Positions 19,807-30,238 of a stretch of DNA of 64,000 nucleotides are shown here, one piece after another. The stretch lies in IMG/VR virus record IMGVR_UViG_3300030019_000003, positions 1-64,000 of that record; one strand, given 5' to 3'. Numbering within the stretch: the first letter of the stretch is position 1; every line of letters starts with the position of its first letter. The position numbers and the translations under genes were made by a program. The notes under the pieces are model-generated. The model saw nothing but the letters and a program-made list of their open reading frames with translations, was not told the origin of the DNA and did not search any database.

Positions 19807-21993
19807 TTAAAGTGTAATGGTTAGCTCTGCATTATAAAGTTTATAGACATCTGAATACCCGCCAGCGTTAAAATCAGCAGAAGATATTGTTGTATCCCTA
19901 GTGATAATATAGTCAGCACTTGTAAAGGTTTTAACAGCATCGTTATACTGCCAGTTAAGTACACCTGTTCCATTAATGGTAACAGATTCATATAGCTGTA
20001 AATCTTCTACATCAATAACTTCACCGTTATTAACAACCAAATTGATAACCGGTGTTAATGGATTAGGATTAGATACTAAATCATTCTCAGTTTTAGTATT
20101 ACTAATATAAGTATACACAAACTGAGGATCTTTAGTATTTGTACTAATACGAATAAAGTCACCTGAATTCAAAGGTATCGTTGTTCTGTACGGTAGAATA
20201 TCAATGGTATGATCGTTAAGCTCTACAGTAACTGTTTTAAGATCTAGATCAATTACATATGATTTTTGATCACCTTGTGAAAGTCCAGTACGGGTAGCGT
20301 TAAACAATACAACTTTACCATCACGACGTAGATAACCTTGGAAGTTATAAATCTCGATAGGTAAGGTATCTGGTAATGAAAGCAATAGAGAAAATGATGA
20401 CGTTGCCGTATCATAAAGATAGATATCGTTATTAGTTCTAGACCAAGCAAAATATCCATTAACAACTGTAGATGATTGCGTACCACCGAGTACTAAAAAC
20501 TTAGTAGCGCTATAAGGAACTAGCGTAACATGTTTATAAGCCTCAAATGGTAAATCCTGTGATGTAAGAGTTCCTGTTGCCATATCAAGTTTTTGTAGAC
20601 TTAATTTAACATAAGCCTCGTTTTCATCAACAGCAGCCGCAGGTACAAAATACACACCACCACCAAAGATACTTACAAGTGAAGAAGAAACTGCAGATGA
20701 TAACCAGAACTGATCAAAGCTGTATTCATTTACTTTTGTAAGTGTTTTAGAAGCACTGTTATAACTAAATTCTATAAACACACTGTGTTGATCTTCTAGT
20801 GTAGCCGTATTAGCACCATAGTTAACTAATAGATTACCATTGTACAACGGAATCAATGTGAAATATTGTAAAACAATATGGGAATCTAGACCTAGATCAA
20901 AAATAGGACCTTCTTCAACAAGCGCGTCATTAACGTAGGTATAACGAAATAGTTTACTACTATTTGCTTTACCAAGAATAATACTACCGTCTCCTAGTTG
21001 ATAAGAAGATTGTGCTGTGATACCATTAAGACTAATATTACCAGCATAACTGTATTTACCAAGATAAACCATTGATTTGTCAATATTGATAATATTGAAC
21101 CCGCTTACGGTTGCAGAATAAATAAGTGTATATGCAGTAGTACTACCATCTTTAAAGTTTAATTTACATTGAACTGTAACAGGAACATTACCTGTATTTT
21201 CAGGAAGTGTAATAGAAGGTGTAATTGTTTTTTGACCTTTTACTTCTGCAAGTTTAGTGCCTGTTATTGTTGACAATAATAGATCATAAGACTCAAAGTT
21301 AGTGGTCAATGGTAATACTTTAAAGAAAGCTTTCTGTGTCTCTTGTAGACCTGCAGGAAGCTGAGCTACTTTAAAATAAACACCATTCATAATTTGTGTA
21401 TCGAAAACACTCAATCCTGTACCACTAACATTGCCATTAGCATCAATATACTTAGCAGAAACTGTATAAGAATGATCGTCCTCTAAATAGCTAACAGGGA
21501 CGCTAACGCTTGTTAATTCAGTAGAACTAACTTTTGAAAATACTTCTGTATCTAATTTGTCACCTACACGCCACTCTGTTTTATCATGTGAACCTGTGCC
21601 AGAATAATAGCTAATAGGAGGAATACTAATAACCAATGCGCCGTTAGTATCAGCGGCATAGTCTAATGTTTTAGTACAAACAGGTGTTTCAATAAGAACA
21701 CGATCAATCATAGGTTGTGTTGTATCAGCAGCACGCTTGATAGTATCTGACCAACCTGAAGTAGTACCATCGCTATAGAATAAAGCATATCTAAAATAAA
21801 CAGCGTTATCTCTTACATTATCGATATCTAAGGTAATAGTTGTTTTATTATCCTTATCAAAAAGACTTGTTTTACCAACAAATGACTTATGAGAAAAGTC
21901 AGGAAATGTTGATAACTGCCAACTGGTTGCTTCGTGTGTTTCACCCGTAGGTGGCGTTACGGTTATACCGCTTAAATCTAAACTAACGTTCAT
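19807..21993 (-). CDS. Putative tail/virion appendage protein: Ig/Fn3-like + Kelch-like beta-propeller
   Basis: Paralog of 15077-17569 (HEATSWQL, HDKTEWRV, FLVLGGT, YLRRDGKVVLFN). Confidence 0.55.
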   Translation of the reverse strand: MNVSLDLSGITVTPPTGETHEATSWQLSTFPDFSHKSFVGKTSLFDKDNKTTITLDIDNVRDNAVYFRYALFYSDGTTSGWSDTIKRAADTTQPMIDRVLIETPVCTKTLDYAADTNGALVISIPPISYYSGTGSHDKTEWRVGDKLDTEVFSKVSSTELTSVSVPVSYLEDDHSYTVSAKYIDANGNVSGTGLSVFDTQIMNGVYFKVAQLPAGLQETQKAFFKVLPLTTNFESYDLLLSTITGTKLAEVKGQKTITPSITLPENTGNVPVTVQCKLNFKDGSTTAYTLIYSATVSGFNIINIDKSMVYLGKYSYAGNISLNGITAQSSYQLGDGSIILGKANSSKLFRYTYVNDALVEEGPIFDLGLDSHIVLQYFTLIPLYNGNLLVNYGANTATLEDQHSVFIEFSYNSASKTLTKVNEYSFDQFWLSSAVSSSLVSIFGGGVYFVPAAAVDENEAYVKLSLQKLDMATGTLTSQDLPFEAYKHVTLVPYSATKFLVLGGTQSSTVVNGYFAWSRTNNDIYLYDTATSSFSLLLSLPDTLPIEIYNFQGYLRRDGKVVLFNATRTGLSQGDQKSYVIDLDLKTVTVELNDHTIDILPYRTTIPLNSGDFIRISTNTKDPQFVYTYISNTKTENDLVSNPNPLTPVINLVVNNGEVIDVEDLQLYESVTINGTGVLNWQYNDAVKTFTSADYIITRDTTISSADFNAGGYSDVYKLYNAELTITL

Positions 21994-22103
21994 AGTTACT
22001 CCTAGTGGTTTTAACTCACCTATTTAACAACGGGTTCGTTACATTTTTTTATAACCTTGTCATAATCTTTAGTCATGAAATCTAATTTTTTATAAGAAAA
22101 TAG

Positions 22104-22136
22104 CTATAGGATGATCCTTAAAGGATCATCCTATAG
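22104..22136. terminator. Inverted repeat / terminator after the 452-aa head protein gene
   Basis: CTATAGGATGATCCTT-A-AAGGATCATCCTATAG. Confidence 0.7.
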
Positions 22137-22138
22137 TA

Positions 22139-23497
22139 TTACGCTTTTGGATACATTTTGTTAGCAATATCAAAAATCAATGTACCTGAATCAAGATGTG
22201 ATTTCTTAAGATGAAGAAGAGATCTTATAACGCCTTCAACCCAATAATTTCTACAATTATTCCAGTTAGCAGCGGCAGGGCCATTGATAATTGAACCCAT
22301 TAGATTTCCAGACATTAAACTGTTTTTAACATTATTGTACATAGTCTCTCTGAATTTCTTCCAATACTCTGCTTTACCAACTTCAGCAAGTTTAATACCC
22401 TTAGGAGCTAAGTCGATGCCGGCTTTTAAAAGTTTAACAATGTCTTGTTGTTTTAACATAGGCGTTTCTTTTTTAGCATACATTTCAGATGGAACAGTAT
22501 AATAGTCATTTCTACAATCTGTTTCAGATGCATTTTGATACACTGAAGTGATGTTAAATTTATGTCCTATAAATTCACTAACAACGGCTGCCTTTGTGTC
22601 TCTATTTAACCATTTTCGTATTTCAGGTAACGTAAATTTGTCAACAACATCTATAGATGGTTTAAACACAGGAATTTCTTTAGCATCTTCCCATCCAACA
22701 GACAATGCCTCAACGACATATTTACAACCGTCTGTAAATAACTTTTTCTCAACAATAAGGTTATACGCCATGTTAATTTGTGTAATAACAGAGTTAACAT
22801 CAAAATTTTGATTACCCATTGCGTAATAAATAGCGAGTTTTTTAGAAACAGCTGTGTTAACAGGATTGTAACTACTAGATGGTTTTCTAGCGCCAGATTC
22901 AATCTCTGCTAAGATATCTTTAAGTTTCTTCTCGTTAAAAGAACGTAATATTTTTGCAGTAGCGTCAAGGTCACTAAACGTTGCTGTTAGACCTTCCCAA
23001 CCATTTTTAAAACTTTTAGTAATACGAGCTAAAAGACCTTGTCTTCCACCATCAAGAGCCTCAATTGCTAATGTTACACCATCGGCACTTTCAAAACTTA
23101 AAGATTCAAATGCCGGGGCGTAATTATACCCTAAATCAGATGACATTGTCATAAAGGATTCTATACTAACGGCTAAATGTTCTTTTGAGAACTTACCAGC
23201 TTTTAATAGCTCAGCGTCTACATTCATACTCGTTTGGAGTTTATTACCAATAGCGCTTAGCCGTACTAGCTCTTGAAGAGCCTCTTGTGCTACTTCTACT
23301 TCTTCATCGAACTTCTCTTGTAACTCATCCTCAGATGCATCTGGTTCAACACCTTCAACACCTTCTAAAACGGCACTTACTTCTTCAGGGTTTTCGGTAT
23401 CGATAATCTCGGTATCAGGAACAAGTCCATCTCCTCCCTCGTCTTCTTTGCATCCATCCAATTTTTCTAAACTTAAACGCTTGCTTCGCATATTCAT
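22139..23497 (-). CDS. Head-internal protein paralog (gp93-like family)
   Basis: Acidic propeptide with multiple candidate sites (VSIE|S, LSFE|S, LAIE|A) followed by an amphipathic helix (LLARITKSFKNGWE). Confidence 0.65.
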   Translation of the reverse strand: MNMRSKRLSLEKLDGCKEDEGGDGLVPDTEIIDTENPEEVSAVLEGVEGVEPDASEDELQEKFDEEVEVAQEALQELVRLSAIGNKLQTSMNVDAELLKAGKFSKEHLAVSIESFMTMSSDLGYNYAPAFESLSFESADGVTLAIEALDGGRQGLLARITKSFKNGWEGLTATFSDLDATAKILRSFNEKKLKDILAEIESGARKPSSSYNPVNTAVSKKLAIYYAMGNQNFDVNSVITQINMAYNLIVEKKLFTDGCKYVVEALSVGWEDAKEIPVFKPSIDVVDKFTLPEIRKWLNRDTKAAVVSEFIGHKFNITSVYQNASETDCRNDYYTVPSEMYAKKETPMLKQQDIVKLLKAGIDLAPKGIKLAEVGKAEYWKKFRETMYNNVKNSLMSGNLMGSIINGPAAANWNNCRNYWVEGVIRSLLHLKKSHLDSGTLIFDIANKMYPKA

Positions 23498-23563
23498 CCT
23501 TTATATGTATAATTTCATAAAAACATAAAACGGCATTCTTTAGTCTCCACTTTTTTATAACCG

Positions 23564-23571
23564 TATATTAT
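23564..23571 (+). promoter_or_regulatory. Candidate early (virion-RNAP) promoter motif TATATTAT
   Basis: Resembles the phiKZ early consensus TATTAC; ~27 nt upstream of the ATG; similar motifs precede the 27072 and 29715 genes. Confidence 0.35.
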
Positions 23572-23598
23572 AAAAGTAACAAACACAAGGAGTATCCT

Positions 23599-24021
23599 AT
23601 GCTAAAAGAAGAAGAGAGACATTCCGATATCTATATTGATGTCTGCTTTAAAGAGGAAGACTATGAACATGTTATCAAAGTCTTGAAAGATGTTTATATC
23701 AAAATGTTATTAGGTATTAAAGAAGTTGCTGTAACAGGTGACTATTCCTATTTACAACGTGTCGTTACAGATCTTAAATCTAGAAAGATGACATGCGGTG
23801 CGTTATCTAAGATAGCGTTTAAATTGTTCTACAGTGATTCTGAGTGTATCCTTAACATAGGTAGAGAGTGTATCACTAGTAAGCCCTATGCTGTATTAAT
23901 GGTAGATGAGATTGAGAACCTTATTAACAGATTCCAAGAAGAAAAAGTAGTATATTCATTTCAACACGATGCCTATTATGTTATAAACGACTGTTCCGGA
24001 TTACACAAAAAAGAATTATAA
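23599..24021 (+). CDS. Hypothetical protein (probably early)
   Basis: 140-aa ORF with CAAGGAG RBS. Confidence 0.6.
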   Translation: MLKEEERHSDIYIDVCFKEEDYEHVIKVLKDVYIKMLLGIKEVAVTGDYSYLQRVVTDLKSRKMTCGALSKIAFKLFYSDSECILNIGRECITSKPYAVLMVDEIENLINRFQEEKVVYSFQHDAYYVINDCSGLHKKEL

Positions 24022-24040
24022 AAAACCAAAAGGATATAAA

Positions 24041-24718
24041 ATGTTAGAAAAAGACAATGCTAAAATAACTAAAATAAAAGATGTTGTTACAGCATATACA
24101 AAATTATGTACCGCTTGTATTCAGGCTATCAACACTAGCGATGCCATCGTTGTTAAATTAACGATTAAAGATCTTAAAGAACAATCTGATATTAACCCTG
24201 AGGTTAACTATACGCCGTTCTTTATCAATGGCGAGGGTTGGATCAAAATGATCAACCATGTTATCAAAAATACCAACACTCGTGACGCTAAGATCACAGC
24301 AAGAGAAATGTTTGAAACCTATATTAGCGTGGTTGAAGCTGATCTAGAAAAATACATCATGGCAGACTGTGATCCTGAAATAGGTATCACTTTCTATAAT
24401 GCGGATAATGATGTAATTACAACAGATCTCGAGAAAGAAATTGAAGCCATTACCAATGAACCAATTGGTGAACAGATCGACGCTATGTATAACGAACATG
24501 TTAAGAATGAAAAAGCTCCTACTGAAAATGAAGAGCAGGAACAGCCTAAAACAGAATCTACTAAAGAGAGTACTTCTTACGAGTCAACCTTCTTAAAAAA
24601 TGTTGGTATCGGATTCGCTATTTGCGCAGGTGCTGTTGCTATTGGATTTGCTGTTGTAAAGTTAATTGCAGCTATTAAAGATGCGAGTGAAGGCGATATT
24701 GTTATTCTTGATGAGTAA
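24041..24718 (+). CDS. Hypothetical protein with a C-terminal transmembrane helix
   Basis: 225 aa; acidic linker then VGIGFAICAGAVAIGFAVVKLIAAI. Confidence 0.6.
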   Translation: MLEKDNAKITKIKDVVTAYTKLCTACIQAINTSDAIVVKLTIKDLKEQSDINPEVNYTPFFINGEGWIKMINHVIKNTNTRDAKITAREMFETYISVVEADLEKYIMADCDPEIGITFYNADNDVITTDLEKEIEAITNEPIGEQIDAMYNEHVKNEKAPTENEEQEQPKTESTKESTSYESTFLKNVGIGFAICAGAVAIGFAVVKLIAAIKDASEGDIVILDE

Positions 24719-24720
24719 AA

Positions 24721-24753
24721 CTAGAGAGTGCTGGCTTATGCCGCACTCTCTAG
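24721..24753. terminator. Hairpin between convergent genes overlapping the polymerase stop codon
   Basis: CTAGAGAGTGC(T)GGC-TTAT-GCCGCACTCTCTAG. Confidence 0.6.
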
Positions 24754-25090
24754 TGTTTCTTTTTCTTTTTCTATCAGATACATAACACGTTTATTCAATT
24801 CAGGAAGCTGCGGAAAGTTCATCATATTAGTAGTATATTCAATCGTGTTTACTTTACCAAAAAGAATATTCATATTTTGGTTTTTAAAATCATTCTTGTC
24901 AACACCATCGATATCAACGATCTCTCTTGTAGTTGTTTCCTTACTAACATTAGCCGATTGTCCATCGCTTGGGTAGCCACTGACCTGATCGACATCCAAA
25001 ACGTGCCCGCGCACATTGGTCATTAACCCAGTACCCTCATTAATAACTTCCATACCCTTATTAGTAACCAGATGGCTCTCTAATATTGCT
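24736..25090 (-). CDS. Split family-B DNA polymerase subunit (phiKZ gp82-like), exon 2
   Basis: Carries the motif-A-like HVLDVDQVSGYPS and NVSKETT; joins exon 1 in frame after intron removal (…LDRWIAILESHLVTNKG…). Confidence 0.8.
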
Positions 25091-25584
25091 CGATTTGTTC
25101 AGATAGTTCGTTAAGCTATCCCGCACCATGATGTGCTACGCTATGCCTTTCGTTAAGGTGTACTCTGCACACCGCATAGACCAGACTATATCATTACCCT
25201 CTGCTATCATCTCAGTAGGGTAGAAACTGTTTTGAAGTCACTTGACCTCTACTCCCAATATGGGATAGTCGTTGAACACACTCCACTGCCTAAGCATAGA
25301 GGAGCTTCGCTGCGCCGATTGCCCATTACACTTCCAGTAAGTATATCTATCTACTAGCAATTGATAACATCGCCTAGGTATAGTATATGTGTAGGTGTTA
25401 ACCATCTAAGGTTATATGTTAACGTTTTCACTATTCTTCACAGCATTACCTGTTAAGTTTCACGTTCTATTTATAGACGTGAGTAGTAGTTAACATCTTT
25501 AGGGGTTCCCCGCAATTAAGTATCTTTGCTGTACTAATTTCGTAGTACAGGGACTGCGCTATCGCTTATTAAGCAGCAGCTTTA
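25091..25584 (-). ncRNA. Group I self-splicing intron (IA2-like), 494 nt, no homing endonuclease ORF
   Basis: P AATTGCGGGGAACCCCT, Q AATGGGCAATCGGCGCAGCG, R GTTCAACGACTA, S TGATATAGTCT; P7 GACUA/UAGUC; P7.1 and P7.2 hairpins; 5' exon ends in U pairing with G of GUCC; terminal G at 25091. Confidence 0.9.
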
Positions 25585-26942
25585 ATCCATCGGTCAAGTC
25601 CTAGTATCTTGTCGTCATCAACACGACTAGGTTTAGAACCAAGAACCTTACCTCTATCAAGATAGAAGAAGTGTAACCCATCTACGATACGCTTAGGACC
25701 TGAGTTAAAGACATCAAATGTTGATGATCCAGATAACGTAGGTACGTTCGTAGAAAGATCTTTTGTTTTATTATCCAGTACCAACATAGACAAACAGTCC
25801 CACTGGTTATAGATAACATATTCTAAAGGTTTATTAGCTAACATATAGCGATGCCAATCGATACTATAAAGATTAGCAGTCTCGTCTGATTTAAAGGTTA
25901 ATTTTTTATATTCAACCCCTAACTCATGCTCTAGGATATTTGTTAAACTATACCCTCCTGGAACAGCTTTAGCACCTACACGTACATAGTTATACGACGC
26001 CATAGCATCTATGATATAGAACCTAGAAGCTGAAGTATATCTGTTCCACTTCTCATGTGGATCATAAGGTCTATACTTACCAGATTCTGTTAATTTAGAA
26101 GTAGCCCCATATGTAAGTTTAAAGTATCTTAACTCCTTAGGAAGTGAAGGGTCTGAGAAGATATCTTCATGTTTTACACCCGCCCTATCACATGCTGCCA
26201 TCACATGCTCAATATCATAACTGGCATTCCACATTGCTAATACATCTGGATCCCATTGATGTGCTGTAGCCATGGATTCTTTTACGATATCTATTTCAGT
26301 TTTACAAATAATATATTCGATATCTATACCTTCTGAAAAAGGTGTTTTAGGAATATATTTATCATAAAGATATTGTAACCTTGAAATAATATCACGTTTA
26401 TTATCAAAGAGCCGTTCATGAATATAAGTTTTTATTTTACCTTTCATAGCTACCGTAGCTATGACTATTTCTTCTGTATAGGTATCAACCTCTGTATCAT
26501 AAACACAGATGGACAATGGTGAAATAGCGTCAGGATATTTTACACGATATTGCTCTTTAATCATTGTAGCAGCTCTAACATCAAGCCCGTAAATAAATGG
26601 TGAGTCACAGACATCTCTAATATGAGTTTTACCTACATAGCGTTGTCCTAATCTAGAAGCAACTGATTTACCGAGATCTGTTTCTGTCGATGTGTACTTA
26701 GTAACTTTCTCTAATGATTCTGATTCTTTCTTTTGTTTATGATTTTGAAATGCTGGCTTTGTTATCCAAAAAGGTCTTTGATAGTTTTTAACTACCCTGA
26801 AAAAAGGTTTTACTGTTCCATCGGCATAATGCCACTTCTCTTTTATAAGATGGGTATCATCCCTAAGTCCAGTTACCGCGGGTAAATGTGTTACAAAAAC
26901 ACATTCCTTACCGACAACTACATTATTAGCGGGTTCGGACAT
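25585..26942 (-). CDS. Split family-B DNA polymerase subunit (phiKZ gp82-like, proofreading exonuclease half), exon 1
   Basis: DEDD-type motifs CVYDTEVD, WNASYDIE, YNQWDCL; spliced product is 570 aa. Confidence 0.8.
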
Positions 26943-27014
26943 TGTATTCCCTTCATACTTCGTTTCTAATTAAATTTTGAAAATAGAAAAATTACTCAAT
27001 ATAAAAAATAACGA

Positions 27015-27022
27015 TATATTAC
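27015..27022 (+). promoter_or_regulatory. Candidate early promoter TATATTAC
   Basis: Contains the phiKZ early consensus TATTAC, ~50 nt upstream of the 362-aa gene. Confidence 0.45.
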
Positions 27023-27071
27023 TTAATTGTACCTAAGAGTACAAATCTAAAAAAAATCACAAGGAGTTACC

Positions 27072-28160
27072 ATGTTACCAGATACCATAATGGGTAAAAC
27101 GTCGAAAGACTTACGTATTACAATAGTTCTTTCCGAGGAGTCCAAACAACATCTTTTTAACAAAAAGATGATAAACCCCGAGGGTGTTGTTACTATGTCG
27201 TTTGTAGACTACAGTAATGTAGTAAAACCTCTTCAGAATAAAGTTATAAATAGCACAGCGTTAGTTGGATATGAGATTGAAGGTATATATGCTCAGTCAG
27301 CTCTAAGTAAAGAAATACCGCATGTGGAATTTCATATTGATCTGCAAATAAGTGATGCCTATGAGGGCATTAAAGATTTCACTGTGCGTGAGGTGCGCAC
27401 TAACCTTTTAGGAGACGGTGTTTGTCAAAATCTTCAAATACCCAATGTTATTAAGCCGGCTACAGTACATGCCAATTATTATGACACATGCGTGTTAACA
27501 AAGAATATTTTGATAGGCGCTTTATCAAAATTACAACCCGGACGTAAGATCGGAAATAATATCATAGCTGACTATGTACCTATAGTTCATGGTGATGTAA
27601 GTAATAGGTATGCCAAGGTTCTTTTTATGGTATACACGGACACTTATAGATATTTCACAGTTGTTCATCATATAGATGATGCGCTTGGTATAAGACACAC
27701 TACTGATGTGTATTTAGACTATCTAAAAAAATATCTGACTGGTAGTGATATTTATGAAATTAATTTTACCAACCTCGTCCAGGATATAGACTATAGGTTA
27801 CATGCCATGCTTAAAGTAACTTCAGGGGCTGAACCATCGGAACTGCTAGATGACAGTGAAAAGACTAACGTTTTATGTTTTGAAATTTATTTGGATCATT
27901 ACCGACTAAGTAGGTTAAAAGAGCAAAAGTATGTTACCCCAAAAATATATAACGCTGTTAATAATTTTGGATATTTTAATATCAAAACAACTTATAGTAA
28001 AATGCTGTTAGCCGCGCTTAACAGTTCCTTAAAACAAACTGATAGTGTTGCCAGTAAAAATGCCGAGATTCTAAGTGCTTATGCGCATGTAAAAGATTCC
28101 ATCGGGTTGGATGATTTCATTAAGTACGCGAGAAATGGTTGTGAACAGGGTGTAGAATAA
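27072..28160 (+). CDS. Hypothetical protein (probably early)
   Basis: 362-aa ORF with AAGGAG RBS; no recognisable motif. Confidence 0.65.
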   Translation: MLPDTIMGKTSKDLRITIVLSEESKQHLFNKKMINPEGVVTMSFVDYSNVVKPLQNKVINSTALVGYEIEGIYAQSALSKEIPHVEFHIDLQISDAYEGIKDFTVREVRTNLLGDGVCQNLQIPNVIKPATVHANYYDTCVLTKNILIGALSKLQPGRKIGNNIIADYVPIVHGDVSNRYAKVLFMVYTDTYRYFTVVHHIDDALGIRHTTDVYLDYLKKYLTGSDIYEINFTNLVQDIDYRLHAMLKVTSGAEPSELLDDSEKTNVLCFEIYLDHYRLSRLKEQKYVTPKIYNAVNNFGYFNIKTTYSKMLLAALNSSLKQTDSVASKNAEILSAYAHVKDSIGLDDFIKYARNGCEQGVE

Positions 28161-28166
28161 GATAAA

Positions 28167-28200
28167 CTAAGAGTAACTCACAAGTGTGAGTTACTCTTAG
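28167..28200. terminator. Bidirectional hairpin between convergent genes
   Basis: CTAAGAGTAACTCACA-AG-TGTGAGTTACTCTTAG. Confidence 0.75.
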
Positions 28201-28207
28201 AAGTTAT

Positions 28208-29611
28208 TTATTTTTTACTTTCTGCCTGCCTGTCAAGAGACTTATTAGCCAGTGCAAGAATTCTTAATACGGCCTTGTTTGTATAAATACAAGATAGTAT
28301 AATATCTACAACTAGTTCATTTTTAATACTAATCATTTTTTGAAGTTCTCTAAGCTTACGAGTAGCCTCAGTATCTGTTTTATCGACCTTATTAGCAGCT
28401 TCAAGTTCCTTAAGCACTTTATCAAAATCTGCATCAAGAGGTTCATATTCTTTAAAAATATGTTTCATGGCTTCGCTTGATTTAGAAATAGCGGCGCTCA
28501 TTTTCACAAGCGTACCTAAATCAAATTTGCGTATAAGTTTTATTGTTTCATCTGAACTTTCCATAGCGCCATCTCGTCTGCTATATGTGATATTAGAACC
28601 ATGGTTTTCTACAAGATCAATAACACGGTGTTTACTATAGGTAACCCTCCACGCAATATTTGTTTCTTCGTTCCTGTCAATGGTTATCACGCCAAAATAC
28701 TGACCTTTACACCAGATTAAATATTGTCCTGACCCACTACTATGGGGGTCTATGTCAGGAAGTTTAGGGTCTATATCGCCTTTAACATCTTTAGCGTTAA
28801 TTTTTTTCTGCCCAAATTTATCAAAATTACCACCAATTCTTATGGAGTTAAACCCTTGGAAATCTTTAGTCTCTATACCAATAGCTCTAAGATTATCTAC
28901 TATGTCAATATATTCCTCATAGATATCAAATACGCATTTTGAATTGACAGGATTAAAAAATTCGATCGCGGATACACTTTTATAAATATTTTTTAAGGTA
29001 TTTGTATTTACAAAAATCCCGCCGTTTTTTAAATTAGCGACATAGTCATCACCGACTTCAGAAACAAAATTTTTACCAGTATTTTTTAAATTAAATTCCT
29101 GAAACTTAGCTTTTATTTCATCTTCAATACTTTGAGCTTTTTTAACATCTATTTGAGTAACTATTAATATTTTAGCCCACCACATTTTAATCTTAATGAT
29201 GATAGCTTTGATAAATTCTTTAATGTTGCGAATTATAGTCAACACGGTGTCCCTAAAATCTTCATTAGAAAAACTATCAAAAGATTCAACACTCATGATA
29301 CTTTTCTTAAGCTGACAGCCACTAATGTTACAAGCAGTGATATAACTGATCTTAAGATCATTCATCATCTCTGTTGTTACTTCAGTTCCAGCTGACTCAA
29401 CGATCTCAACATTCGTTATAAGATCATCTACAGCCTCACCAGAGTCATTAACATGCTGTGTCGCAGCTTCAATATCTCGCTCATCTTCAACAGCACTGTC
29501 TTCTTGTTCATCACCCTCTATAACATCTGTTGTTGTTAATGGTTCTAGAATCTCTTCGTCGGCATCTTCTTTGCTAAGGCGATTTAAGACACTAATAAGT
29601 TTACTTTTCAC
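28208..29611 (-). CDS. Head-internal protein paralog (gp93-like family)
   Basis: Start moved to GTG 29611 behind AAGGAG; acidic propeptide, MSVE|S and FSNE|D sites, then IIRNIKEFIKAIIIKIKMWW helix. Confidence 0.65.
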   Translation of the reverse strand: MKSKLISVLNRLSKEDADEEILEPLTTTDVIEGDEQEDSAVEDERDIEAATQHVNDSGEAVDDLITNVEIVESAGTEVTTEMMNDLKISYITACNISGCQLKKSIMSVESFDSFSNEDFRDTVLTIIRNIKEFIKAIIIKIKMWWAKILIVTQIDVKKAQSIEDEIKAKFQEFNLKNTGKNFVSEVGDDYVANLKNGGIFVNTNTLKNIYKSVSAIEFFNPVNSKCVFDIYEEYIDIVDNLRAIGIETKDFQGFNSIRIGGNFDKFGQKKINAKDVKGDIDPKLPDIDPHSSGSGQYLIWCKGQYFGVITIDRNEETNIAWRVTYSKHRVIDLVENHGSNITYSRRDGAMESSDETIKLIRKFDLGTLVKMSAAISKSSEAMKHIFKEYEPLDADFDKVLKELEAANKVDKTDTEATRKLRELQKMISIKNELVVDIILSCIYTNKAVLRILALANKSLDRQAESKK

Positions 29612-29680
29612 ATGTACTCCTTTTTTATTATTACCTATATTCAAAAAAATGCCTTAGAAGATTCTAAAACATCATAATGA

Positions 29681-29688
29681 TACATTAT
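29681..29688 (+). promoter_or_regulatory. Candidate early promoter variant TACATTAT
   Basis: Same position relative to a CAAGGAG RBS as the motifs at 23564 and 27015. Confidence 0.3.
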
Positions 29689-29714
29689 TAAATTAGAAAA
29701 CCAAGGAGTATACA

Positions 29715-30212
29715 ATGAATAATCCACTCGTATTTATATCAACTTTTCTAGGTGAAACTAGAGAACACCAAGCCTCTATAGGTTGGGATACTAAAAGGTT
29801 GATAGAAACTATTTGTGATGAAGTAAGATGTGAGTTAAAACCAAAAGGATTAACTAATCTTACTAAAACCTTTGTTATAGACGAAGAGGTCTATGAACTG
29901 CATTTATTTATCGGTTTAACCGGTGTTAGATTTACACGTATGAATCAATTTGGTGTTGATATTAATAAGGCTATTATATCAACGTATATTACTGTTAACC
30001 CAGAGGACAAAAGACCTGGTATAACATGTCCAAACTTTAATACCGTGGGCATTACTACGTTAGAAGATCTTTTTGATGCACGAAGTGATTGTTGGCATAA
30101 GCTATTAACAAGTTTTAATATCTATATGAGCAACAAGAGACATACGACACCAGAAGGTGGTAAAATAAAATTAAAAAGAAGAGAATCTCTTCTAGTTAAG
30201 ATTCAAAAATAA
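29715..30212 (+). CDS. Hypothetical protein
   Basis: 165-aa ORF with CAAGGAG RBS. Confidence 0.6.
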   Translation: MNNPLVFISTFLGETREHQASIGWDTKRLIETICDEVRCELKPKGLTNLTKTFVIDEEVYELHLFIGLTGVRFTRMNQFGVDINKAIISTYITVNPEDKRPGITCPNFNTVGITTLEDLFDARSDCWHKLLTSFNIYMSNKRHTTPEGGKIKLKRRESLLVKIQK

Positions 30213-30238
30213 AGTGTAAACTGTGCGAGGTATACGAA

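Noticed and set aside
24728-24976. 82-aa plus-strand ORF
   Set aside because: Antisense to polymerase exon 2, which carries the conserved motif
24736-25053. 105-aa ORF as an independent gene
   Set aside because: It is the 3' exon of the intron-split polymerase subunit; the ATG is internal
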